From IMG/VR virus record IMGVR_UViG_3300049595_000896, positions 1-56,418 of that record: 56,418 nucleotides of DNA; one strand, given 5' to 3'. The DNA is from a virus. Taxonomy: Duplodnaviria > Caudoviricetes. Of the stretch, positions 20,001 through 29,561 are shown in pieces. Every line of letters begins with the position of its first letter. Position 1 is the stretch's first letter. The notes below the pieces were generated by a model that had not been told where the DNA came from, ran no database searches, and saw only the letters and a list, made by a program, of their open reading frames with translations. The translations under genes and the position numbers were made by a program.

Positions 20001-23000
20001 CGTACTTGGACTGAAGTATGTCCTTGGTCTTCTCCTGCTCGACTGCAAGCAGTTCGTTGAAGATAATCCATTCCTTGCTATCTTCAGTAAGGCCCGGTAT
20101 CGCCTGCATTTTGAGAGCGGTCTGCGGTACTTTAAGCTGAGCAGCTTCCGCAGAGACATTTACCTCAAAGCCCTTCTTGAACATCTCTATGTCAGGCTTG
20201 GCCATGCCAAGGACTTCGTCCAAGTTCTTTGTGTTGAACACGAAGAAGCCTTGAGAGATGTCCCCTATCTCCCCGATCTTGTCGAGCTTACCCTGCTCTG
20301 CTTTATCCGTAAGACGGTTCTGCCTGTAGAGCGTGAAGAACGCCGCCATCTTGCCGGCCAGCAGCCGCTGTTCGTTCGTGGCGAACGCCGCAGACTGAGT
20401 CTTCTTTGTAAGGTTGTTGTACTTCTGAAGAAGCCGCTGCGTAAAGGACGACTGCTCTTTGAATAGATTATATAGCTCATTAATACCTTGGCTAAGGTCC
20501 CCGATACTGTCGAGAGACTGGACTTTTTCCAGTATCTTGGACGTCCCTTTCCCAAGGAAGCGCAACAGCTGGCGACTGGACGTGACCGCAGCAGAGGCCG
20601 AGCGGGGCAAGCGTTTGGACAGCGTGTTGTCCGCAGCCACTTCCGTCTTGAGATCCACAGCCCCAGCGATGGCAGCCGAGACGGAGCTAGGCTGTGGGCT
20701 AGCAGAAAAGCGACCAATAACAGCCTCAGTCGCCAGTTTCCGCATGTTCTGCTCAAGTATAGCCGGGCTGATGAATGTCGTGTCGCCGGTCCTGAGATAG
20801 CGTCCGGCTTGCCTTATGAAATAGCGCGCTGTCTCATCGCCGAACTTAATGCCGATCTTGTTGAGCGCATCCTTGATGGCATTCCACACTCTGAACAGTA
20901 TGTTGTTGTCGAGTTCTGCTGCATAGTCGCTTAGCACTTCTTCCGCAGCTTCTATCAGGTTCATGTTGAACCCGGCAGGCATTTTCGTGGCTTCGTAGAA
21001 ATTCTTATTCTTCGCAGTCAGGAACGCATCGCGAGCCTTGTCAGTAAAGTCTTTGTATATGGCTGCGTGACGCAGGACTTTTCTTTGGAAGCTCTGGTTT
21101 TCGTTAAGCAGTTTAAACAGAACGTCATTAAGTTCCTTGTCTGTCATGATTGAACGCAAGCCGAAGTGGCCCAGCGTTTCATGGGCCAGAACAAACTTCA
21201 GTTCCTGCTCTGTCTTTATCTGGTCCGTGAGGATGATGATCTCGTTGCCAAACGAGTATCCAGCAAAGGGCGTCGTGGCGAACGCGCCATCGGTACGCGC
21301 CGCATCAGCGCGCCTGTAGAGATCCGGGTTGGCGCGACGGAGAGCTTCGAGGTTCTTGTATACGTGGGCTGTTGGTTTGACATGCAGTTTGGCAAGGATT
21401 TTATTGACCGTATTTTTGGACTTGATCCAGTCAACAGCGGTCTTGATCTCACGTCCATCCGTGCGGATGAAACTTCCTTTGCTTGCGTTGGCTATTGCTT
21501 TTTCGAGCGCTTTGTATTCAAGCTTCCCATCTTTTTGCTGGAAAGAACTAAGCGGGCTTCCTAGGAACGATTCGCCTCCATCGATAGCAGGATCATAACT
21601 ATCTATCGCATCGTTTATATAATCTTTTACTGCGTTTGATCTTTTACTACCAGTTAGCTCTGGCATTACAGAACTGTTGTACTGAATCTCCAGAGCGCGG
21701 GCGAGAAAATCTATCGCACGTTTTGGTTTGCCAGACGTTAGATCTATAGTATCATCCTGCACCGGTTGGTTTTCAGGATCAGCCGGTCGTACTTTGGACG
21801 CTTCTTCGCTTACCCCAGCAGCTACACCACTTTTTTTATCTGCTTCAGGTATGTTTGTTACTCTTATACCTTCGCGTATGCCCGCCAGAAGTCCGTGCAA
21901 TTTAGCATACGTATACCAAGGACGTTCCCGTCCCTTAAATTTCCCCGTGTTAGCCCGGGCTTGTATAGATTCTCTTGCTGGCGCATTGAGCTTAATTAAG
22001 AATGCTGCGTTGAACAACTTGCGCTGTTGTTCGTTTAGTATCAGAGTATTCAGCCGATCAATAACAGCTTCTCTCTCAGCTTTCTTTTTGTCGGTAGCGT
22101 CCCAAGTTGTATCGAAGAACGCAGCGTCTACAATCTTCAGCGCGGCATTAGCAAACTGCTCGCTACCCGCTATCGTGGCGGTAAGTGTTGGGTTAGTGGC
22201 GTGTGCAACAAGCGCTTCTTGCGCCTGCTCTAAAGTCTTGATCTGTCGAACAGGCGCTTCTTTGGGAACCCCTTGATCCTTAGCGGGTCCTGTTTCGGCG
22301 GCGCCCTTTCGGGCAGCTGGCCCGGCTCGCCTTCCGCCAGCAGTTGCTCCAGCAGCTGCGGGTTGTTCTGCTCCAGCCACCGGCGCTGGGCCTCGCTCTT
22401 TAGGGACAAGGGCTGCCTCTCTCTTTCTAAACGCGGCGTATTCATTTTTTAATTGGCTGACAAGTTCTTCAAACTCTTGTTTCAAGACATTAGTGTCTTC
22501 ACCAGCGCTGGCGCGGGCTGCAAGATTTTCCAAGTCTGTCTTGAGTTTCTTAAGCGTATTGGAGACCGCGTATTTTCTATTGCCGACAGCTGCTATGACA
22601 TTTTGCGCAATGCTACGGATAGCAGCCGCAGGGTTTTTATCAAACAGGCGGACAGCTTTATCAGAATCCTCAATGGCGAATTGCAGTCGTTCATTTATAG
22701 CTAGTACGGACGTTTGATATTCTACATAACGCAGCCCTGCTTCTCGTCCGACTCTGACAGCGCCATCGTTTTCATCTACTGCGGCACCCTTAGGTTTTTC
22801 CTTTAGTGCTTCTCCCTTAGGCGCAGCAGCTTCAGGCGCAGCAGGTTTAGCCGCAGCTTCTTTACGAATCTTGGTTACCCCTCCACCGCCACCACCGGGA
22901 GGATTAGGATCGATGTCTTGCGATGCTGCAAATTGATCGAGCATACCGGCAAGCGCATCATAACTACTAAGTATTTCTTTTATAACCTTATTATAGGCAG

Positions 23001-25902
23001 GAAGTTGCATGCCATTATTTTTAAAGTCGCTTACTAGATCATAGAGTTTGCTAGTAGGTAATAGATATTCACGTAATCTATATTCAGCGCTTCCAATCTT
23101 ACGCTCGCTAAGCTTAAAAATTTCTCGCTCATAATCGGTTAGCGTTTTATCATTTTCCAGTATATTAAATAGGTTCTGGCTTAAAGAACTAGAATGATTT
23201 ATTATGGCTTCTAAAGCCGTCATAACATTGTTTACTTTTGTTTTTACAGTTTTTTTCCTAAAATTTATTTTCTTTTTAATAATTGCGCCTTTAATTAGTT
23301 CACGTTCTTTATTGCCTTCTGCTATATATTTACGAAGAACAGAATTTACACCAGTCTCCCACGAGAGTTTTGCTTTTGGATCTGTTTCGCTGGTAACTCT
23401 TTTCATGAGATACGCGAGCGGATTTTTTTGATAATTTGGTGTACGTACAATATCTTCTTCAAGAAAGTCTTCGTAAGTCAGATCGGGCTCTTGCTCCCGT
23501 GCTTTTAGATATGCTTCATAAGACGCATTAGATTGAGCCGCCGCTTCAGGCGCAGCAGCTTCAGGCGCAGCAGCTTCAGGCGCAGCAGCTTCAGGCGCAG
23601 CAGCTTCAGGCGCAGGTCGCCGACGCGATCTACCGCGAGCTTTTATTTCTTCTGCACCCGGCGCGGTAGGTTGAACTTCAGGTGTAGGTTCAGGTGCAGC
23701 AGGAGGCGGTTCATCCACACCCCGACGCCCGCGCCGAAGAATGTAAGGACTAACTCGGGGCGGTGCACCGGCAGGAGTACCGAATGGTTGCTGGTAGCTG
23801 AACATATCCAGCTGTCCGCCCCTGAGCGAGCTAGGAATAGGAGGGGATACGGGCGGCGCAGGAGCAACGGGTGTAGCAGGAGCTTGTCCGAGCCCCTCTG
23901 GAGTAAACATCTCCATCTGTACGGGAGCAGCGGGAGCAGCGGGAGCAGCGGGAGCAACGGTGGGTACACCGGTTATATCAAATCCAGATCCCGGCTGACG
24001 CAATCCAGCGGCAGGACGTGGGAAGTTATCAGGGCCGAACGGAGGACCGAGGTCCAGTTCGCGCTGGACGCTGTAATCGACAGGCGGCGCAATAGGCGCA
24101 GTAGGCGCAACAGTTGCAGCAGGAGTTCCAACTTCTAACTGAGTCAGAAGATTTCTAAGGTCCTGAGGTGATTGGATTTCACCCCGGTCAAATGCTTGTT
24201 TTATAATGTTCCATTTAGGCTCTTTTTTGAACGCGGAGCTTTTATTGGGCCCATTAGTTAACGTGTCATACCAACCTTTGTAAAAGTTTTCCGATATTGC
24301 TTGCCCCATACCCCCAAACATATCGGAAATACCGGCACCCCTGCCCCTGCCTCTACGCGCAGCAGGTGGCTGGTTAAACAGATCTAGTTGTTCTGGTCCT
24401 GTGCGGGGTGCAGCAGGAGCCTGCCCAAGATCTGTCTCGGGGAACAACTCCATTTGTCCCGGCTTAGTTCCGAAAGCGTCTGCTGAGAAAAGTTCCCCCT
24501 GTGTGCCGGCAGGTGCAGGCAGCAGTAACGGAGCAGCAGGCGCAGCTTCTGGCGCAGCAGGAGTTTCTTGTTGCGTAGTTGACTTAAGTAGATCGACTTT
24601 CTGAAGCGCGTTGATTCCGCCGCCCGCAATGCCACCAAACGCAGCGCCTGCAGCAAACGAGTTTATCAGACGCTTGGCGTACTCATCGGAGTAGTCGGCG
24701 CCGGCAACCTGTTCGCCAGCCGCCATGAGGATAGCTTCCTGACCACCTTCGGTCGCGCCACCGCCCAATCCACCGATGGCAACACCTGACGCAACGCGCC
24801 GCCGCATAGACGGTTTTGTAGCTACAGAAGCAGGGTTGAGGATTTTGCTAAACGCAAAGAACTCGGGCAGCGCTTCAAGCGCGCCGTATGGCAAGCCGTA
24901 AGCCAGAGCAGCCATCTTGGCGTCTACATCATTTGCATCAACACCCTGCTGGCGCAGTTCGTTGTACACATCCGACGCGCCGATCCGGTAACTGTTGACC
25001 GCGCTAGCCGCCAAGGCGCCGTAATACCCGGCTTTTCCTTTAACTACAGGCGCAAGCGCATTCATCGTTGCAGTATCGCCCAATTTCTTGGCAGCTTGAT
25101 ACTTTGCGACATCCTCGGCAAAAGCTTTTTTGGCTTCCTTGGACAGAAGCTGCTTTGCCGTAGCCCTTGCACCAATACCTATCCCAGCACCAACACCACC
25201 AGTCGCAAGTGATTCAATGATGGACGGAGTGAATTGTCCGAGGGTAGCAACAAGAAACTCGCCTACGTCCCCAATGTCCTGAATACCGGTAAACTCTCTT
25301 TGAAACGGAGCCAGTTGCTCAATACGCTGTTGCGCACCCTGAACAATATCAGATCCGAGTTTCTCAGCCCCCACCAATTGCAGGCCGGACCCCACCAACT
25401 GCATAGATCCTTGCACGCCGAGGTCTACGTTCCGCCCAAATAAATCAAAAATCCCCGGTTCTTTGATAGTTTTCAGTAGGGCGTTATATCCATCTTCGCT
25501 TAGCGGCACCCAGTCTTGCACTTCATCGCGTGGCAACGGAGTAGGCGGACGGTTAAGATACTGTTCAGATTCAAGTGCGCTGGCAAAATCATCCTTGCCA
25601 AAGACAAAGCCGTTGACGCCTACCTTTCCAGTCGACGGACTATACCCAAGCTGCGGACCATAAGGGATTTGATAGGCAGGTTGTTCTTCCACAGGTGTAT
25701 CGTAACTCTGCCTGAGGTTCTGCAACTCAAGCCGCGCATTTCCAACTTGCTGACGCAATCCAACCAATGGATCAACTGGCGAAGGGGCAAGACCCCCCAA
25801 CCCGCCGCGAGCCTCAGGCGCTTGCACCCTAGCTGGTACGAAAATGTCTTTAAGTTTCTGGTCGAGTGTAGGGGTGGGTGGGTACCTGCCGGGAGGAAGC
25901 AT
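17053..25902 (-). CDS. Giant internal virion/ejection polyvalent protein (2949 aa) with zincin MPTase and PLxRFG-like domain
   Basis: Gly/Ala hydrophobic N-terminal helices; HETLGHFGLR...EEVL metallopeptidase; YVPLLRRG; last gene of the virion arm. Confidence 0.85.
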   Translation of the reverse strand: MLPPGRYPPTPTLDQKLKDIFVPARVQAPEARGGLGGLAPSPVDPLVGLRQQVGNARLELQNLRQSYDTPVEEQPAYQIPYGPQLGYSPSTGKVGVNGFVFGKDDFASALESEQYLNRPPTPLPRDEVQDWVPLSEDGYNALLKTIKEPGIFDLFGRNVDLGVQGSMQLVGSGLQLVGAEKLGSDIVQGAQQRIEQLAPFQREFTGIQDIGDVGEFLVATLGQFTPSIIESLATGGVGAGIGIGARATAKQLLSKEAKKAFAEDVAKYQAAKKLGDTATMNALAPVVKGKAGYYGALAASAVNSYRIGASDVYNELRQQGVDANDVDAKMAALAYGLPYGALEALPEFFAFSKILNPASVATKPSMRRRVASGVAIGGLGGGATEGGQEAILMAAGEQVAGADYSDEYAKRLINSFAAGAAFGGIAGGGINALQKVDLLKSTTQQETPAAPEAAPAAPLLLPAPAGTQGELFSADAFGTKPGQMELFPETDLGQAPAAPRTGPEQLDLFNQPPAARRGRGRGAGISDMFGGMGQAISENFYKGWYDTLTNGPNKSSAFKKEPKWNIIKQAFDRGEIQSPQDLRNLLTQLEVGTPAATVAPTAPIAPPVDYSVQRELDLGPPFGPDNFPRPAAGLRQPGSGFDITGVPTVAPAAPAAPAAPVQMEMFTPEGLGQAPATPVAPAPPVSPPIPSSLRGGQLDMFSYQQPFGTPAGAPPRVSPYILRRGRRGVDEPPPAAPEPTPEVQPTAPGAEEIKARGRSRRRPAPEAAAPEAAAPEAAAPEAAAPEAAAQSNASYEAYLKAREQEPDLTYEDFLEEDIVRTPNYQKNPLAYLMKRVTSETDPKAKLSWETGVNSVLRKYIAEGNKERELIKGAIIKKKINFRKKTVKTKVNNVMTALEAIINHSSSLSQNLFNILENDKTLTDYEREIFKLSERKIGSAEYRLREYLLPTSKLYDLVSDFKNNGMQLPAYNKVIKEILSSYDALAGMLDQFAASQDIDPNPPGGGGGGVTKIRKEAAAKPAAPEAAAPKGEALKEKPKGAAVDENDGAVRVGREAGLRYVEYQTSVLAINERLQFAIEDSDKAVRLFDKNPAAAIRSIAQNVIAAVGNRKYAVSNTLKKLKTDLENLAARASAGEDTNVLKQEFEELVSQLKNEYAAFRKREAALVPKERGPAPVAGAEQPAAAGATAGGRRAGPAARKGAAETGPAKDQGVPKEAPVRQIKTLEQAQEALVAHATNPTLTATIAGSEQFANAALKIVDAAFFDTTWDATDKKKAEREAVIDRLNTLILNEQQRKLFNAAFLIKLNAPARESIQARANTGKFKGRERPWYTYAKLHGLLAGIREGIRVTNIPEADKKSGVAAGVSEEASKVRPADPENQPVQDDTIDLTSGKPKRAIDFLARALEIQYNSSVMPELTGSKRSNAVKDYINDAIDSYDPAIDGGESFLGSPLSSFQQKDGKLEYKALEKAIANASKGSFIRTDGREIKTAVDWIKSKNTVNKILAKLHVKPTAHVYKNLEALRRANPDLYRRADAARTDGAFATTPFAGYSFGNEIIILTDQIKTEQELKFVLAHETLGHFGLRSIMTDKELNDVLFKLLNENQSFQRKVLRHAAIYKDFTDKARDAFLTAKNKNFYEATKMPAGFNMNLIEAAEEVLSDYAAELDNNILFRVWNAIKDALNKIGIKFGDETARYFIRQAGRYLRTGDTTFISPAILEQNMRKLATEAVIGRFSASPQPSSVSAAIAGAVDLKTEVAADNTLSKRLPRSASAAVTSSRQLLRFLGKGTSKILEKVQSLDSIGDLSQGINELYNLFKEQSSFTQRLLQKYNNLTKKTQSAAFATNEQRLLAGKMAAFFTLYRQNRLTDKAEQGKLDKIGEIGDISQGFFVFNTKNLDEVLGMAKPDIEMFKKGFEVNVSAEAAQLKVPQTALKMQAIPGLTEDSKEWIIFNELLAVEQEKTKDILQSKYERYLELIKETNDKFARIQTASKAPLTPDQLKFFYDLRDKYMELIHLAENDKGKLEVVSLPTAKTIGRGMEFVVEVMMALHDKAKVKDWAEGTADTPAAKYYKDPAFKHIVDKIPEMNQLGITKSHQIGFIKPIFTNLAAEEQTLVLAEQNAKRTIGMGYVPLLRRGKWNVRLEAYDPDTGRVVTIGDGIRSQLPFYMAADEDEATMIASRLSVFENREFLLPTDDYARDNYSEKSVTVKFRVTTSETAKNPPLGHAIDFSDFLRALTKINVNLTAQEQVNVIQALTGMEDAIRRVLLRSGTVGWDPDIIQSVSIDTQTGAHVASKNRYSFRTDEIMSNDKNWRGDRELLKRLERELEDAKASGNQALVTIAAQRYAEYAYRYVHMADRKPNAPEIIKIGNEKLETKGYGERYRDEAKRLLTFYAQSTNIIDSTQGFLTETAAPLKNFAVLLQLGMNFSSALLNLVTIVFNVIPYLGTHNAQRGYGGGFGLTAASQEVIQALNQLRDFVFNDAESLRQMIDKNEYGKYGLTFDEAVFLLNQTEEGNLQPALTNTLLQTARGGVKSNIQAKAEKVWMGMFTYTEQLSRRATALAAYRLYRKRAVAAGIPEAEFTAKNKLALLQSEAFKDVYRQAGTAVDKTNGDYSLYNRPELFRNHFTQFIFMYKMIVVITVQMVAALPLKGKMYYLAAVLILAGFKGLPFAENLFDLIDTLAQFFDIPLGSIEAAALEMLEGIAPGLGAVGMNGLANLAGLDIASKTGMGAPVPAMGIARAGADTGRELMELAGPVFSAMYGTLDTSFQLAHWGAAQLGVGYEKATLPEILRNAPSSGIKGFADGLTYLSDGRITDAKGRVVSNDVSMTVIIGRMLGFYPTEAANSNTAIRLSTYAADYAKALKADFRSRYVQAYLKKDYARMRETLEDVRRFNEGARGTEFFIRDFERNAIKSAKEAATPAAARYLKVAPEASKGMVEDLINIYGLDEGTE
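23543..23615. repeat. 15-bp tandem repeat (about 5 copies) encoding (PEAAA)n
   Basis: GCTTCAGGCGCAGCA units; a further 25-bp copy lies at 22820-22844. Confidence 0.95.
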
Positions 25903-27963
25903 TTACTGAGGTACTCCCGGCATAAGCGATGCGCCCATAATTTGTACTAGCTTGACCGGACCACTTAGCGTGCCGCTTTGGTCTCGGCTTTGTGTTACTT
26001 GGTAAAAATTGTTTCCGATAATAGCAAGCGTAACCGACTGTCCGGAAGCGTCGTATCCGTTATAGAATTTTGGCTCTACGGTTTTTTTGCCTGCTGCTTG
26101 AGCGGCAAGTTTGGCAGTATCCATTGCCTGAGCGTACGAGTAATCACCTTTGAGCTGTTCCTTAAGAGCGTCAACTTGGCCTTGCACCAAAATTTCTTGA
26201 AGCTTGAATCCGCTCTGAGCTTCCAGTTCCGCCAGTTTTGAGGCGAGCGTGATTTGCGTTTCTGCCTGTTTCTTCTGTGTCTCAGTAACTGCAGCAGCAA
26301 ACCCGGAATCAAAAGCCATACGACCTTTGTAGATAATATCTTGTTTTGTAAGTCCTTGATTTGTGACTCTACCGTTTACAACCTCGTTGTAAAGACCGTC
26401 CGATCTAGGTTGCAACTGATAGTATCCGGGTTCTTGGCCATACATTATGGACATTACAGATGAAAAACGACCTGTACTTGTTGGATCAACAGCAAGATCC
26501 CCAAGGCTTGCCAGACCTTGTACCAGTACAAGTTGGTTATCGATCTCTCTGATCTGCGCAATAAGTTGCGAACGGACGCCCGGTATCCCAAGGCTTTGCG
26601 CTTCGTTTGCCTGCCGCACAAGTTCTTGACGGTCTGCAACCAGACGGTTCAGCGTGTTCCCGACGATAGGAAGCGCCGCTGTATAATCCCTGTCTTGCGC
26701 CTGCTCCGCAGGTGGTAGTATCGCGTTGGACGCTGCAGTTTGTGGAACGCCTAGTTGCGCTCCAGTGCCAGTGGCTTGTCTGGCATAATTTCTATTTACT
26801 CTGTCTATATAGCCCTGTGTTTCTTTTGGAAGATCTTCTGTCTTAGCGCCTTTGCTGATCCATTCTTCTGCAAACGCAGGACCTGCGTTATAAGCAACCA
26901 GTGCATGCGTAGGGTCTTTAAACTTTTGCAGCATGGCGGCGAGGTATTCAACACCAACTCGCTCGCGTTCTGCATCGCTATCGTTTTGCGCAGGGCGGAT
27001 TCCAAACCCGGGGTCTTTCAAGGTAGCAGGCATAACTTGCATACGCCCGACAGCGCCCTTCGGGCTTACAGCTTCAGGGTTTCCAGCGGACTCAGCCATC
27101 ATTACGGCTTGCGCAAAATTTGAAAATTGCCCGGCAGGTTGGTCAGCTATAAACTTAGGAACCGGAGCAAGCGCTCTTGCTGCAGCAGAAGGAGTACCGG
27201 CTGGAGTGACAGGGGCAGAAGAAAATGCGGCAGGCGGCAATCCTGCGAGTTGAGCATTTAATCTGGCTAACACGTCTGACTGGTAGGAAAAATCTTTTTT
27301 AAGTTTATCTATTCTAGCTAAAAGTTTCTGCCGTTCTTGCGCAGACATTAGCGACGAAGTTGCTTGCGCCCCGCCCAAAGCCCCTCCGCTGTAAGTCGGC
27401 CAGCCCTTCCGGACATAGTCGGTGTTTCTATTTATCTGACTGGATAGACTTTTAATTTCAGCGTCGATGTTTTTTAGTGTATTTTCTAATTCTGTTTTAG
27501 TCTTTAAAGCAACTGCTCGGTCAAACCGAATCCCTCCCTCGGGTCTAAAACTTGCTCCGACTCCTGATCCGGTAGCAGCAGACGCAGCAGACGTTACATA
27601 CGCCGCACCTTGACCTAATACATCTGCGTTTAAACCGGCGAACGGAACTACAGGAGCAGCGGCAGCAGGAGCGGCAGCAGGAGCAACGACAGGAGCAGGG
27701 GCAGCCTTGCGCGCTTGATAAGCAGACATCAAAGTTCCTTCGATGCCTAAAGTAGGCGCAGTCGTCGGTGCAACCAGTTGAGGCGTAGTTGGTATGGCCA
27801 AGTTGCTTTCAGCAACTTCTTTCGCATAGGCAACCCGACGAGCTTCCTGCTCGTCCGCAAAACGCTGCTGGTTGCGCATGCTTTCAAGCGCCGCCGCTTC
27901 CCCTTGGTTTACAGCACCCGGCCCAGCACCAAGACTACGGACAAAAAACCCGCCGATGCTCAT
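25903..27963 (-). CDS. Internal virion protein with lytic transglycosylase (SLT) domain
   Basis: AES.GNP.AVSPKGAVGRMQVMP.T ... ALVAYNAGP ... ETQGYI. Confidence 0.92.
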   Translation of the reverse strand: MSIGGFFVRSLGAGPGAVNQGEAAALESMRNQQRFADEQEARRVAYAKEVAESNLAIPTTPQLVAPTTAPTLGIEGTLMSAYQARKAAPAPVVAPAAAPAAAAPVVPFAGLNADVLGQGAAYVTSAASAATGSGVGASFRPEGGIRFDRAVALKTKTELENTLKNIDAEIKSLSSQINRNTDYVRKGWPTYSGGALGGAQATSSLMSAQERQKLLARIDKLKKDFSYQSDVLARLNAQLAGLPPAAFSSAPVTPAGTPSAAARALAPVPKFIADQPAGQFSNFAQAVMMAESAGNPEAVSPKGAVGRMQVMPATLKDPGFGIRPAQNDSDAERERVGVEYLAAMLQKFKDPTHALVAYNAGPAFAEEWISKGAKTEDLPKETQGYIDRVNRNYARQATGTGAQLGVPQTAASNAILPPAEQAQDRDYTAALPIVGNTLNRLVADRQELVRQANEAQSLGIPGVRSQLIAQIREIDNQLVLVQGLASLGDLAVDPTSTGRFSSVMSIMYGQEPGYYQLQPRSDGLYNEVVNGRVTNQGLTKQDIIYKGRMAFDSGFAAAVTETQKKQAETQITLASKLAELEAQSGFKLQEILVQGQVDALKEQLKGDYSYAQAMDTAKLAAQAAGKKTVEPKFYNGYDASGQSVTLAIIGNNFYQVTQSRDQSGTLSGPVKLVQIMGASLMPGVPQ

Positions 27964-27967
27964 GAGA

Positions 27968-29131
27968 TTATCCCTGTCCCGGGGTAGTCTTAAACGAACC
28001 GAAGCCGCCTTGCGGAGGAGGATTATTTCCAGTAACGGGCCGCCTAGGCGGTCTTCTAAACTGAGGGGTCGTCAGTCTTGTGGTCCAATCAGAGAATGTT
28101 TGTGTTAGTCCAGCTTGTTGCTGGTCTGCGCGCTGTCTGTACGGTTCATACATATTAAGTAATTGTCCGGCTGCGCCTTCAGGTGCAGTTTTAGGTAGCG
28201 CATTAAGCCCAGCTTGCCGCAGGTTTGCCTGATACTGCTGTCCGGAAAGTAGGCCCTGCCCATAGGCTCCAGCCATATTGCGGCTAACGCCAAGGTTAAT
28301 CCGCCGTTCCTCAGCTGACAATCCTTCTGGGCGCATCTGGCCAAAACGCTCAGCATAGTTTTCTGCAGCTTGCTTCTTCATCGCTTCGCCACGAAGTTGC
28401 TGGGCTTGTGCCGCTTCCTGTGCAAAATATTGCGGGTTGAAGTAGTTTGACTGACCAATCAGATCCTGAGCTGTTTTAAGTTGCAGATCAAAAAGCTGTT
28501 TGTTCTGCTGCTGTATGGACTGAAGTTCATCTTTCCGCATCTCAACAAGCTGGCGCTCGTAATCAGACAGCCCCGCCATTGGGTCTGCTGTCATAGCCCC
28601 TGAAACCAGCATGGCCCCAGCGCGAAGGGTGATATCTGCTAGCGCCTCCGGATTAGTTACAGCCTCGGCTATCTTTGTTGGAGTTTGTGCAAGAGCCGCC
28701 ATAAACTTTTCGCCAAAGCTTGGTTCCGGCCATCCGGGGAGAGACGCCGGGTTTTTCGACGCAAGTTCTCGTCCTATCTGCCCTATCATACCAGAGCTAG
28801 ACATAGATCCACTCAGCGTTGGGCTTGTTCCTCCTACGTTTAGTCCGGCTCCTCCCGCGCTTGCACCTGCACCTGCACCTGCACCGGTTCCTCCGCCTAT
28901 CATAGGCGCTCCGCTAAGCCCTGCGTTCAGGCCTGAGGCGATACCCCCAAACAACGCGCCTTGCGCTACGTTGCCTCCTGTAAGTGCAGCATTGGCTGCC
29001 CCAAGACCCGCACCAACTGCAGCAGACCCCAGCCACCCAGACATCCCGAGCGCACCTGCGATAGGGCCAGCAACAAAAGGTATTGCAATGGAAGCTACAA
29101 AGCCGAGAACTTTCTTGACGCCTTTAGACAT
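27968..29131 (-). CDS. Internal virion/ejection protein (Gly-rich hydrophobic N-terminus)
   Basis: Composition and position upstream of the SLT protein. Confidence 0.7.
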   Translation of the reverse strand: MSKGVKKVLGFVASIAIPFVAGPIAGALGMSGWLGSAAVGAGLGAANAALTGGNVAQGALFGGIASGLNAGLSGAPMIGGGTGAGAGAGASAGGAGLNVGGTSPTLSGSMSSSGMIGQIGRELASKNPASLPGWPEPSFGEKFMAALAQTPTKIAEAVTNPEALADITLRAGAMLVSGAMTADPMAGLSDYERQLVEMRKDELQSIQQQNKQLFDLQLKTAQDLIGQSNYFNPQYFAQEAAQAQQLRGEAMKKQAAENYAERFGQMRPEGLSAEERRINLGVSRNMAGAYGQGLLSGQQYQANLRQAGLNALPKTAPEGAAGQLLNMYEPYRQRADQQQAGLTQTFSDWTTRLTTPQFRRPPRRPVTGNNPPPQGGFGSFKTTPGQG

Positions 29132-29561
29132 TACTCACCTGTAAATCCATTCTGACGTAGGTGCAGGACTTGTTGAACCCGAACTTTTTGAGGTAGATAT
29201 TAGCAAGTCTTTGGTTAGCATACGTGTCAAGAAACGTAGCGCCATTGGCGCAGAGCCAGTCAAGGATGGGCTGCCAGAAGTAGGCTTTGACTTTCATAAG
29301 GTTCCGCCCTCCCATCCCGAGTATTTCCGCCCCTTTATTACCGTTTACTTCACAGAACCTCAACGCAACTGTACAGACTACCCTGTCTTTTTCCATAGCC
29401 GCAAAGATACCACACATTCCTGTTTGCGCTAGTAGATATATCTGAGTAGCAGTAGCATCAGCGTGTACAATTTCATTACTGGCGCAGGATGCGTCGTATA
29501 TACTTTCCAGCTGGGGCCACAGTTCTGTGACCTGTTCAGCTGTTAGAAGATGAAGGTCCAT
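29124..29561 (-). CDS. Hypothetical protein, possibly GNAT-like
   Basis: Usual position before podophage ejection genes; ..IYLKKFGF.. motif. Confidence 0.5.
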   Translation of the reverse strand: MDLHLLTAEQVTELWPQLESIYDASCASNEIVHADATATQIYLLAQTGMCGIFAAMEKDRVVCTVALRFCEVNGNKGAEILGMGGRNLMKVKAYFWQPILDWLCANGATFLDTYANQRLANIYLKKFGFNKSCTYVRMDLQVSNV

